Assembly (NCBI GenBank): GCA_004764695.1
Contig: SMSO01000031.1
Location: forward strand, 8,290,761 to 8,354,760
DNA: 64,000 nucleotides
Source: Schizochytrium sp. TIO01
Lineage: Eukaryota; Protista; Bigyra: Labyrinthulomycetes
Direction: 5' to 3'
The notes below the pieces were generated by a model. That model did no database searches and had not been told where the DNA came from. It was given only the letters and a program-made list of their open reading frames with translations. Position 1 is the first letter of the stretch. Every line of letters begins with the position of its first letter. Position numbers and translations under genes: made by a program. Below, in pieces: positions 26,197-46,128 of this stretch.

Positions 26197-26884
26197 GGTA
26201 TATAAAGAAGAAAACAAAATTCTATTTCCCTTTGTAAAGTTCTTTTTATGATTTCTCCCGTTTCCGCTATTGAAAACACCGTACTCCCTTTTCCAAGTTG
26301 TTGAAGGTAACACGATTGATAGGCTGGCCATTAGTGAAATCGTTAAGAGTGTGAAAGGGCTTGAAACGAGGCAACAACAAGAAGAAGAAGAAGAAAAGGA
26401 GAAAGCAATGCCCTTTCCTCGTCTATCATGAAAGAAAGCCAAGCACGGCTTGTCTGCGCCCCTTCACGCGGAAGGGGACGGGACCACTGAGGGTCGACGT
26501 GTTGGAAAGGCGGGAGCTCAGACGGGAGACGCAGGCGGTCTTGGGTCCGGCGTTGGAGCAATGGCGACAAGAGGCCGATTTAGCATGAACAGTCGCTCAT
26601 CGCAGCGAACTAACGACGTGGGGGGCAGTGGTGCGCGTTTCGATATTGTCCGCTTTGAGAATCGTCTAGAGGTGCAACAGGCTAGACTTCAAGAACTTGA
26701 AAAAGAATTGAAAGAGCTGAAAAAGGAGATACCTGACTTTGCTGCTCTTGTCCTTGATGATGTTTTAAATGGGACGACATGTTTAAGAATGCAAGAAAAG
26801 ACGCGAAGGAAAATACGAATTTAGAGGATCGAGAAAAGTTTTTTTTTTCTTGACGCTCTGGGCATAGCAAAGAAGATCCTTAAA

Positions 26885-28516
26885 ATGGAAGCTGAAATCG
26901 AGACAACCACCACAAAGATTGGAGAATTTGAGTCTGGAGGCGGTGAAGAAGGAGAAAGCATTTCGCGCTTCTCCGGATCAGTTTGGGAATCCCTTGCGTG
27001 TGAATTACCTCCAATCGCTCATCATGCTTCGCAAACTACATCGAACACCAGAGTTGTTGGCGAGAACTACAATTTTGCCCCTCGAAAAGTCATCAGACTT
27101 TCCATGGAAGTCTTCAAGAATTACTGTGACCTTGAAGGATTTATAGATGAACTTCATGAAAAATCAGCCGATGTAGAGGTTGGTCGTCTACTCAATTTTT
27201 CAACGGAAGCTCTTTTCCTTAAATCCGAGAGTTCTATTGGGCTTTGTTTTTCGCAAGTTTTCCAAGCAGTCCTCAGGCTTCTGCTCGTCGAAGAAGGAGA
27301 TGTCCGGCTCGGCTACACGTCCAACTTCCCGGTAACGGTTGACCTAAAGCCAGACTTTGCTGTTGGGACCATCACAAACAATCAAGTGTCAATATTTAAT
27401 ACTTTACTTGTTGGTGAGTTGAAGGGTCTTGCTTCTTCGGAAGGTGATTTTTACACCCGTTGGTGTGATCTGGATGACCCCCATAACAGAGACAATTGCA
27501 AAGATTCTGAGAGGCACCGCCAAGTGTCTCCAATTAGACAATTGTATAACTACATGGTCAAATCTGGCAGCTTTGTTGGTGTTTACTCCACCTATGGATA
27601 CACTGCGGCTTTCTTCCGAGATTGCGAAGGTACCCTTCTTACAACTCCAATGCTCCCAGGAGAAAGCTGCATGCGAGAGCACGGACTAAGTATACCACAG
27701 TTCCTAGCCTTAGTCACCATGATCGCTTTGAAGAAAGAGGTGCCACTATTTTTAGATGGTAGAGGAAACGGCATCTTGGTGTCGTGCACAGGTTCAGGAG
27801 GCTGTGCGATTCATGGTAAATCTCACCGGGACCTTCCTGAGGTATTTAAATGGGATTCAAGATGGGTATGGAAACAGAGAGGAGGTAGAGGAGATGGAGA
27901 TGGAACAGGGGCGCAGCGGAACAACCTCCTTTACAAAGAGCATGACACTCCCATCACCTGGGATGATCTCTACGAGTGCAAGTACATTTCTGACTGCTAC
28001 ACAGGTAATGCAGTTGAGTGTGAGATCATGGGCGAGCGAGCAGTGGTTAAATACAACGATTTCGGCGATCACGAAGATGCTGATGAGCGTCTCGACCAGA
28101 TCGATTTTGAAGCTGAAGTCTACGCAAACCTGTCTGACTTGCAGGGAAATTGTATTCCCAAATACCTGGGCCATGGCTCCATTACTGATACTGATGGATT
28201 GCAGTATGGTTTTGCTACCTCTTATGCGGGTGAGGCACTCTCGTATGAGTCTCTTGATTCTCTCACTGAAGAGTTCAAGACAAGCGTCAAGGATGCCCTA
28301 GACAAGATACACGCGCGTGGTGTTTTGCATGGCGACCTGCGACTTCCGAACATCCTGCAGTCGAAGGACGATCCTAAGAAGGCAGTTTTTATCGACTTCG
28401 GTCATTCAGAGATGACTGACGACCCTGATGATCCAGTCTTTCAAAGCCTCGCAAAACACGAGAAGGAGAACCTCGTCAAGCTCTTGAAAGGCGAAAAAAT
28501 CCAACAAGTTCTTTGA
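26885..28516 (+). CDS. PD-(D/E)xK restriction-endonuclease-fold + protein kinase fusion (Crinkler-RHS REase-kinase type); probable disrupted N-terminal extension from 26408
   Basis: KPDFAV..LLVGELK..IRQLYNYM..GVYSTY (REase); AVVK, EAEVY, HGDLRLPNIL, FIDFG (kinase). Confidence 0.8.
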   Translation: MEAEIETTTTKIGEFESGGGEEGESISRFSGSVWESLACELPPIAHHASQTTSNTRVVGENYNFAPRKVIRLSMEVFKNYCDLEGFIDELHEKSADVEVGRLLNFSTEALFLKSESSIGLCFSQVFQAVLRLLLVEEGDVRLGYTSNFPVTVDLKPDFAVGTITNNQVSIFNTLLVGELKGLASSEGDFYTRWCDLDDPHNRDNCKDSERHRQVSPIRQLYNYMVKSGSFVGVYSTYGYTAAFFRDCEGTLLTTPMLPGESCMREHGLSIPQFLALVTMIALKKEVPLFLDGRGNGILVSCTGSGGCAIHGKSHRDLPEVFKWDSRWVWKQRGGRGDGDGTGAQRNNLLYKEHDTPITWDDLYECKYISDCYTGNAVECEIMGERAVVKYNDFGDHEDADERLDQIDFEAEVYANLSDLQGNCIPKYLGHGSITDTDGLQYGFATSYAGEALSYESLDSLTEEFKTSVKDALDKIHARGVLHGDLRLPNILQSKDDPKKAVFIDFGHSEMTDDPDDPVFQSLAKHEKENLVKLLKGEKIQQVL

Positions 28517-28624
28517 ACACTCACAAGTTAATAACCCCTAACTCATGAAAAGAAGAAGAAGAAGAAGAAGAAGAAATATCAATGTTTGTTTTGTTTCCAA
28601 TCCATTTTATAAACTACTACTTAG

Positions 28625-29343
28625 TTAGGTTACGGAGAGGATCTCTCGCAAGTGATTTTCCACTGCCGAACTTGTGTACTCACTGAACCGCTGCTTGTCT
28701 TTGGATTGATGGCAAGTTTCGAACAATGCCAACGGATCCACTGCTGTTGCTGCTGTTACTTTAGTCGCTTCGGTGTAGAGAAATGCGTCTTAGGAGGGTC
28801 CAAGCAATGGAATTGGGCCCGGGACAAAGGAGTGAAGTAGCCATGAAAAGAGCACACGAGCGGTCCTTCCATTGCCAAATGCAAAGGGTTTGAGAAACAG
28901 GAACTTTGCTATAAATTCTGTAGCAACGTGCAAAGCATCTTGCTTTCCTGTGATCGAGAAAGGTGTGGTTTGGTATTTTATAATGAGATTCCTCAGTGCG
29001 CGATCAAGAAGCCCAGGGGTTGGATGAACAAGAGGAATTCTCGTCAAATCACAGGTAATTTGGTGGCGCCTGAATGAAAATGCGGACGCACTTCGCAATT
29101 TGCTGCTGCTGTGGGGCTGGCCGAGGATGATTGCGTTAAGTTTGCAGAGAAACGAAAAGGAAAGCCTGCCATCATAATGCATTGCAAACTTGTAAGCTTC
29201 AACGAGGGTGGTTCTGTTTTTTTCTTCGGTTTCCAGGGCTGCTCGATGTAAAATCCAAGTTATCAAGGCGCTGTTTTGCTGTTTTGCAGTTCGCAGCGAC
29301 TCTTTGCTTCTCGCGCTAGTTCACTCAAGTCAAGGCCGATCAT
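28625..29343 (-). pseudogene. Fic/Doc-domain pseudogene
   Basis: Motif FLFLKPFAFGNGRTAR (canonical HPFxDGNGR). An 8-bp tandem duplication (aaaacagc) frameshifts it from ATG 29343; in-frame TAA at 28790-28792 is followed by 54 more open codons. Confidence 0.7.
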
Positions 29344-29495
29344 TCTGCTGTTGTTTTGTTTTGTTTTTGTCGATTTTGCTTGGTTGTTGAAAGAAGTGCA
29401 GAGATATTTAAATTTATTCGTTCTTCTTCTTGATTTGACTATTTTTAAATGAATAAAAGTGGGTTGTTTTTATATTTTTCTGCTTCCTTGTTATA

Positions 29496-29936
29496 TTAAA
29501 CCCAAGGTTCCATTCGTTCTCTGGAGAGCCGCACGTCAAAAATGACACCATCGTTCGCACCGGTAATCAAGGTGCTAGAGAGTGTGACATCAAAGAAATA
29601 ATTGCCGTAAGAAATGTCCTGCTTTTGGATGTCTCCTAGGCAGTCAATGTCTAGCTCAGGGAGACAAATTTCGCCTAGAAAGCCGCGCATTCGGGCTGGT
29701 GCAATGTAAACTCTATCTCCATCTTCTTCAATTAAGGCAAGATCAGACTCTTCAAGAGGGAGTACCTCGTGCGCAGCAGGGGAAACGCACATGGCCACTT
29801 TGGCATTATCATACTTGTACGCAAATAGAATGACCGTCTCACTAAGCAACTCAAGAGAGTATTCAATGTTGTCCTGATGAAATCCAACATCCTCTTCTTT
29901 TTCGTAATCCATGTAGAAATTCGGTAGCCAAGCCAT
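29496..29936 (-). CDS. Acidic hypothetical protein (146 aa)
   Basis: ATG after an A-rich leader, globular protein-like composition, AT-rich flanks like neighbouring island genes; no family recognised. Confidence 0.55.
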   Translation of the reverse strand: MAWLPNFYMDYEKEEDVGFHQDNIEYSLELLSETVILFAYKYDNAKVAMCVSPAAHEVLPLEESDLALIEEDGDRVYIAPARMRGFLGEICLPELDIDCLGDIQKQDISYGNYFFDVTLSSTLITGANDGVIFDVRLSRERMEPWV

Positions 29937-30554
29937 TTGTTTTCTGGGTCTACGTTTGTTTTCTTCTTGTTTTAGTTCTACGTTTCTCTTGGGTTTGGGC
30001 CGGTTCTGTAGTGGATATGGCAACACACGCGCAAAAAAGAATAACAGGGTCCCAATAATAAACAAATTTTGGTTTGGATCGTCCTCAATTTCGTCCTCCT
30101 TCCTCTCGCACACTTCGAAAGACTAGATATGATATTGTTGTAGCTCTGCATAAAGGATGGTGCAGGCTCCAACGAGACAGAGGTTGTGTGTTTGACCTCT
30201 CTTGATGTTTTCTAACCGTGAAAAGTCTTCAAACAAACTTGGGCCGATTGGAGTCCTGTCTACTTACCTATCTACAGATTTTGAGGTAGCAAAACACGAT
30301 GAGGGCAGTGCTGTTATCACAAGATCATTATCCACCTCTTAACAAGAACACAGTTACGGAGGACTAATTTATTGAGTCCCTATTTCTTTCCGAGAACAAA
30401 ACAGAGGAGAGAAGGGAGATAAGGAGGAACAAGATTCGGAAATGATCAGACTTTATTCATTTGTTTTGGGCAGGTAGAACCCTTAAATTGCTAGCTTTCT
30501 ATACCTCTCGAAGCTCAGGAGCAGGGATGCGAGTGCAGTGTTGTCTTGACAATT

Positions 30555-30734
30555 AATTGAAGTATAACAGCTAAGTATGTACATAGGTATGTATCTATAA
30601 GTAGAACGTTCACCATCCCACTCGGACAAGATGGACCTTGGCAGCAGTTCCTGAATGTTAATGCTAACCATTCTTTTCCTTCATTCCTCTGTCTACGCTA
30701 TCTCTTGGTGAACGCCTCACGCTAACTTGCAATA
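30555..30734. mobile_element. Solo LTR, family B
   Basis: AATTG...CAATA ends, TSD CAATT; shares both ends with 11055-11236. Confidence 0.72.
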
Positions 30735-31213
30735 CAATTGCAGAATGCAAAGAAAATCTTTGCATCTAAAAGGACACCTAATAGGTATACTTTTCTTTTG
30801 GGGGCCAAGATAATCATTAGCTTATTTTCCAGATACACTGTCGAATAGGCAGAAAAACTTGTAGAAGGAGACAAATGTAATTTAAAATATTGCACAGGAG
30901 CTGAGCACAGCACAAATGGTTCGTCTGAAGTATCAAGTCCCAGAGGCTTGGCGAAAGCTATGGTGAAGCGTCTGCGACCACCTCATTGTCACTCTAGTCG
31001 ATTTGCATACGAAATGGTGATCGGAATGCAAACTTTGCCCTGCATACAAGTGATTTAGTCGATGAAAATAGGCGCCTTGCACGAGTGAACAAGCTCGCTG
31101 ACGTATATCATTAGCATGCGTTCAAGGAGATTTAGACTCTGCACAATGATGTTGCCTGTTTTTTAGTTGTTCGAAAGGGAAAAACGGGAAGAAAAAAAAA
31201 AAAAAGGAAAAAA

Positions 31214-31331
31214 ACATTCAACACCGGGGCTTCGCATGCAGTCCCCTATCATACTACTGACCCGGCCCTACGCGACTTTACTTCTCAGTGCGAATGAGAT
31301 GAGGTGTTACCCGCGTGGTATGATCGAATGT
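31214..31331 (-). rRNA. 5S rRNA
   Basis: Minus strand ACATTCGATCATACCAC..CTCATTCGCACTGAGAAGTAAAG..GTCAGTAGTATGATAGGGGACT..GGTGTTGAATGT; ~118 nt, paired ends, oligo-T Pol III terminator. Confidence 0.93.
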
Positions 31332-31795
31332 ACTAGCATCTCGGTGCATACTCTATATATACATAGTATTTAATGGGTTGTTGTTTACTTTCTTTACTTC
31401 TATGGATATGTGATTCATAGCAGGTAGTGCTAAGAGGTAGTATTGCTGGAATTTCTAGAGCAACATTACTGCAGAGGATATTCCAGGAGTAGGCTTTAGG
31501 AAATAGGAATAGTCTTGAAAGAGCGAGAAAGAAAGGAGGTCAAGCACCGAGGCTTAGTAGGTAAGGTTAAGTTCAAACTAGTAAATATCCGTTTACTTCG
31601 AGAGCACTAAAGAGTATCTCCTTCTTTAGGAGAACCATAGTAACTCAGTAAGTCCGCACCTCTGTCATCGACTTGCAGCTTTACGTCCAGCAGGTTCGAA
31701 ACCTTCTGCAACGACTGGGGCTGCGCCACGAGCTTAGCTGAAGGGGTATAAGGACGCGCCCGCTGGTTGAGGTATAGATCGCTACTTGCTGCGCG

Positions 31796-41197
<9,402 letters not shown>

Positions 41198-41344
41198 ATG
41201 AAGATTCAGTTTTAGCAATTATGTTCTGCTCGAGTGAACTTTAGAACACTCTCATTCTGGTAGTGCATTTTGCAGACAATGAGAGTTAGAACTAAAGATA
41301 ATATGCAGTTCTTTTTCGGATAGTTTAGATATAGATTTACTAAC

Positions 41345-41536
41345 TATTGAAGTAATACACAGCTACTGCCTAACCTAACCTAACCTAAGTAAGCTCTCCT
41401 GAACATACATTCACTCTGCCTGTATCCGGACCCGAAACCCCAATAACTCATATATCATCTCTTTCTCTTTCTCCTGAGTTCGCCGTCCTTGTCAGACTAC
41501 CTCTGCACGCCTCACAGCACAAGCTACCCTGCAATA
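41345..41536 (-). mobile_element. Solo LTR, family A, inverted relative to the other copies (contains CCTAA tract)
   Basis: TATTG...CAATA ends, perfect TSD CTAAC; reverse complement of 5942-6148. Confidence 0.8.
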
Positions 41537-41849
41537 CTAACCTTCTGCAGAAAAGAGTGAGTTATATAATCTATATACTTTGGAGGTAAGCTTACAAAGT
41601 ACTTCCTACTCGGAAACTTTAAATAGTCAGGAAACAAATCGAAAGTCTTCTTTATGAATTTTGACTTATTTCAATTTCATAATTGCCAATCAGAATAAAG
41701 CCATTGTGAGCTTGTCTGGTCGCTGCATAAAGACCAGGGGTGCGCACCTGGTTCACGCTTGGTGAAACACGAGGAAGTTGAAGTTATGTTGCCGAGCGAT
41801 AGTAGAATTTCGAATATATTTACATCAGAAACTTGCACAAAAAGCGTTT

Positions 41850-42399
41850 TTCGCGCAGGGCCAAAGCTTGCTCAGAAGCATTTTGCATAATTTTTCTAGT
41901 TCTCTCAGGGCCAAAGCTTGCTCAGTGGCTTTTTGCATAACTTTTATGGGTCTCTTAGGGCCGAATTGCATTTCAAAAAAATCTATCTCAGGGCCAAACC
42001 TTGTTCAGGGGCGTATTTGCAAATCATCTATCTTATTACTTAAGGCCTGACATCTGACAGGCTCTAAGAGAGCAGCTCAAAATCCTAATTTCAAATGAAT
42101 GTCAACTGACAGGCCCTGAGAGAGCGGCTCAAAATTCTGCTTTCACATGCATGTCATCTGACAGGCCCTAAGAGAGCGACCTCACAAAAGCAAGATTAGG
42201 TCTCTCTCGCAGTTTTAGTGGTCTAATGTCAACTGACAGTCCCTAAGAGAGCGGCTTCTCCTCACAAAATTGAGTTTGTACTTAGGGCCTGTCCACCGTC
42301 AGATTACACTAAAGTGAATTTCTGGCCTATTATTAATTAAGCAAAAGCAGGGGCTATGAGTGGGCGTGAAGAGATTGTCAGCTGACAGGCCCTGAGATA
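41850..42399. repeat. Array of inverted short motifs (TCTCAGGGCC left; TGTCANCTGACAGGCCCTRAGAGA right), possible DNA-transposon end or MITE
   Basis: About 4 copies in one orientation (41850-41995) and 5 in the other (42045-42399); tatctcagggcc (41984) is the exact inverse of ggccctgagata (42388). Confidence 0.5.
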
Positions 42400-42455
42400 C
42401 TTTACTTCTCAGTGCGAATGAGATGAGGTGTTACCCGCGTGGTATGATCGAATGT
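42399..42455 (-). pseudogene. 5' half of a 5S rRNA gene (truncated)
   Basis: 57 nt identical to 31275-31331; upstream flank also homologous; 3' half absent. Confidence 0.9.
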
Positions 42456-43025
42456 ACTCTCAGAATGGTGCATACTCTATATATACATAGTTTAAAAATG
42501 GTTGTTATTTACTTCTATGTAGTGCAACAAGATAGTAGTAGTGGAACGTCTGGAGCAAACATCACTGCAAAAGATATAATAGTAGAAGTTATTAACTAGT
42601 TTGGTAAAGATAGGCCTAGTAGATATTGTTAGAAACTCAAGTGCAGAAAAAGAAGACCAGCGCATGCAGAACCCAAGTGTCACTGCAGAGATTGATCAAA
42701 TCACTATTTACGACGGAACAGCAGGTGTGGCGCAGCAGAGAGCAGGGAGCAGAAGCAACATCAGCAGCGACGAGGAACACGATTGCGAGTCGGCGACCCT
42801 TTTCTTTGCGAGCGTTGGCTTAGCAAGGATTGACAAGAGACAAAGCTCGAACGAACGATCGGCGAGGGAGGGCGCTCTTGAAGTGCAGTATACACAGGGA
42901 GCTTCTACTACACGCTGATCGTGTAGCGTAGAAGCGGGTGGCGAGAGACTAAGTGGAGTTTTCTTAGGTTCTTCTTGGAGCCAACTGTTGAAAGTACCGT
43001 CGCCAGGCACGAACGAGGGACGAAA

Positions 43026-46000
43026 ATGATTAGAGAAAACATGATTTCAGATCACTCTTGTGACTTCTTTGGCGAAATGAACAAGCGGATGCTTCGAAAG
43101 CTTCGTGAAGGTTCGGTTACCAAAAATATAGAGTAAGTGTAAAAGCAAGAGAAGATCTTAGCACACAGAAACACCAGACCAAGAATATCTAGCCAGTTAG
43201 TAAAAATTTGACTTCCCCGACTTGCGTGTTGATCTGCCGTGCGTGCTTTATTCATGTGCTGGATACAGATTTGAATGGGTTGCTGACTTTGAGTTTGCTG
43301 ATGATGCAAATATATACACTAACATGAATGATACCCGTCGAGGCACACAATACCATCCTTTGATGGTGGCTAACAAGCAGCTTGTGTAACGTCCCATTCA
43401 CCACTGAAATGATCAAGGGGTTGGATGGTGTTCTCCAGAAGAATCGAGCTTTGAAGCGTTTGGGGTGAGTTCAGCTAAGTCAAGGTGAAATGTCATCTAG
43501 GTCCCACCTGACAGGTTGTCATTTTTTTTTGTTGACGAGCATTTCATTGGGGACGACTTTGTAGGATCATTATTTGAAAACTGCTAACAGTGAGATTATT
43601 TGGTGTTTACTATGATACTCCTTGTTATCAATGGGTGCGCAGGCTTTTGGATAACAATTTTGGGAGTGAAGCTTTTGCGATTTTGGCGGAAGCTCTGAAG
43701 ATGAATGAGACGCTGAAATGTTTGGAGTGAGTTTGTTGAAGCAGTAAGACAAGATGTCTGGTCTCTTTGCCGGTCATTAAAGAGTTTTTTGGTAACAAAA
43801 TGAGAATGACGACTGACGATGGTATAAATTGATGTGGTTTTACTTGTGAGCGAGCAGGATTGAAAGGAATATCGGGGCTGACGATTGCGTCGTTTTAGCT
43901 GATTGTCTAAAGAACAACCAGTCACTGAGTACAGTAAAGTGAGTATAGTCGGCCTTTGCAATATTTGCTAGATGTTATGTCTTGTCGTGCATATAAGAGA
44001 GGTATATGATAGGTAGCTAACAAATTGTGCGATGCGTTGGCATGGTGGTCTCTTGAATGAACAGTCTTGATGACAATACGATTGGCAGCAAAGGTTGTTT
44101 GGCTTTGGCCGAGGTGATGAAGGTAAACGAAACGCTGAGAATTCTACAGTAAGTATATATAGTCTATGTATGCCGCCGGATACAAGAATGTTTCTGATAG
44201 TCGTGCAGGAAGTTTGCTGACGTTACTGTCGATTGATTAAACGATACTGTTGCATAATGTTTGACAAGCGGGGGCTTACAGACTTCGTGGTAACAACGTT
44301 GGCAGCAATGCTTGTACAGTGTTGGCAGATACACTCAAGACGAACAAGACGCTGACAGAGTTGGGGTGAGTTGAACAAGACTTTCAAGTATATTCATGTG
44401 TCTGTAAAATGGTGAACATGTGGGGCACAAGAAGAGGTTTTGCCTTGATCTCTTTAAAATTAAAAATGCATGGTGAGAAATGTTTGAGCAAGGTGGCTGA
44501 CGTTCAAGCTTGAGTGAAATCACGTTTATTTTTTCATTGTCAATTGTGGACCAACAGGCTGGGGAACAACACTATTGACAACAAAGGTTGCGCAGCGTTG
44601 GCGGATGCACTCAAGACAAACCATACGTTGACCATACTAGAGTGAGTTGACTATTATACCTTTTTTTAAATAATGCATGCAACAAGAGGGTTATTCGTAT
44701 GATATACTGACAGGAAGCATTGGAATGACTACGATTCTGAAAACGATTTGTTGTTCTTGGCCGAGTACGGGTGCGCAGCCTTACATCTAACAAAATCAAC
44801 GACGAAGGATGGGTGGGCTTGGCGGAAGTACTGAAGGAGAACAAGACGGTGGAAACGTTGCTGTGAGTTAGACTAGCAATTTATCAGGCAATTGCCGGTG
44901 CGAGAAGTTACCCATTGTAGCTTCTTTTGCAAGGGGATGACTGACTTTGATATGAATTGACGCATTTTTCTTTTTCCACAGGATGAATGGAAGCATTGTT
45001 GGCGATAAAGGTTGTGCGACGTTTGCTGAGGTACTCCAGAAAAACCATTCGCTGAAAAACCTAGGGTGAGTTGAGCAATCTATGTGTCAGACCATTCTGA
45101 GAATACACGGGCCTTTGTTCAAATTCTTGTCTGTTTCAAGTAAATGTTGAAAGTTTAGAAGCATAGAGTTGCACTTAGAGTGGCTCCGTATTCATTGTGC
45201 AGGAGGACTATTTGTTAAGATAACTGACTTTCATGTAAAAATGGAAACAAATGAAATGATTTGCTATTTCGTTTTGGACTAATAGTCTGGGTACAAAGTA
45301 CTTTGATAATACAGGCTTTCGCGCTTTTCTGGATGCACTCGAGGAAGACCAGGTTTTGAAAGCGCTATTGTGAGTTGAATGCCTTTTTTTTTTGGGGGGG
45401 GGGGGTCTCTGACTGATGCAGAAATGATCAGAGGGTCGAAAAAAGTTGTGTAATTACGTGTTTGGTTCAAGCAAGTAGAGCAGGAAGCGATGCTTGCTTT
45501 TTGAAACCTTGAGGAAGCCATTCGTGACGCTATCAGAGGACTAACATTGGATTGGAACGGGTTATGTCACGCAACAACGTTTTGATTTTATTGCTAACTG
45601 CAATCTAACAGCTTGAGCGCAATGAGCATTGACGACAAGTTTTGTGTGGCTTTGGGTGAGGTGTTGAAGAAGAACAAGGTTCTGACAGCATTATCGTGAG
45701 TTAAACAAGTTATTTTTGGGCACAAAAGTGGTTAGGGTCAAAATCATTGATGTACACTACTGCGGTTGATAAATATTGAACACTTGGAAGATATAAGAGC
45801 AAATCTGGCGATGTCCTTGAAAATTGCAGTTTGATAGCAGAGATCTAACTCTATTCATTATTTGTAAATCGTGTTATAGTATCAATGGGAAGGACAAGAG
45901 CAGCACGAAAGGTCGTATGGCGGTGATTGAAGGACTTCAGTTGAACCGCAGTATCACCGTCTTTGAGTACGTTGAAGAAAAACATGAAGAAAAGGAATTG

Positions 46001-46128
46001 TTGGCTAACTCAATGATTTGTTGATTGATAGACACCCCTGGCGAGGTGATAAGAGCATCCAAATTGAGCTTGACCTGAATAACCAGATTTATGCTGAACA
46101 GGAAAGGAAGAAAATCTTGAACAGGTAA
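43026..46128 (+). CDS. LRR-only protein with RI-like ~28-aa repeats, 13 exons, about 375 aa (largely missed by the ORF track)
   Basis: Exons 43026-43132, 43381-43464, 43643-43726, 43858-43938, 44065-44148, 44282-44365, 44558-44641, 44779-44862, 44982-45065, 45286-45369, 45612-45695, 45880-45966, 46032-46128. All AG/GT, phase 2, total 1128 nt, open. Example repeat LGNNTIDNKGCAALADALKTNHTLTIL. The last exon is least certain. Confidence 0.82.
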
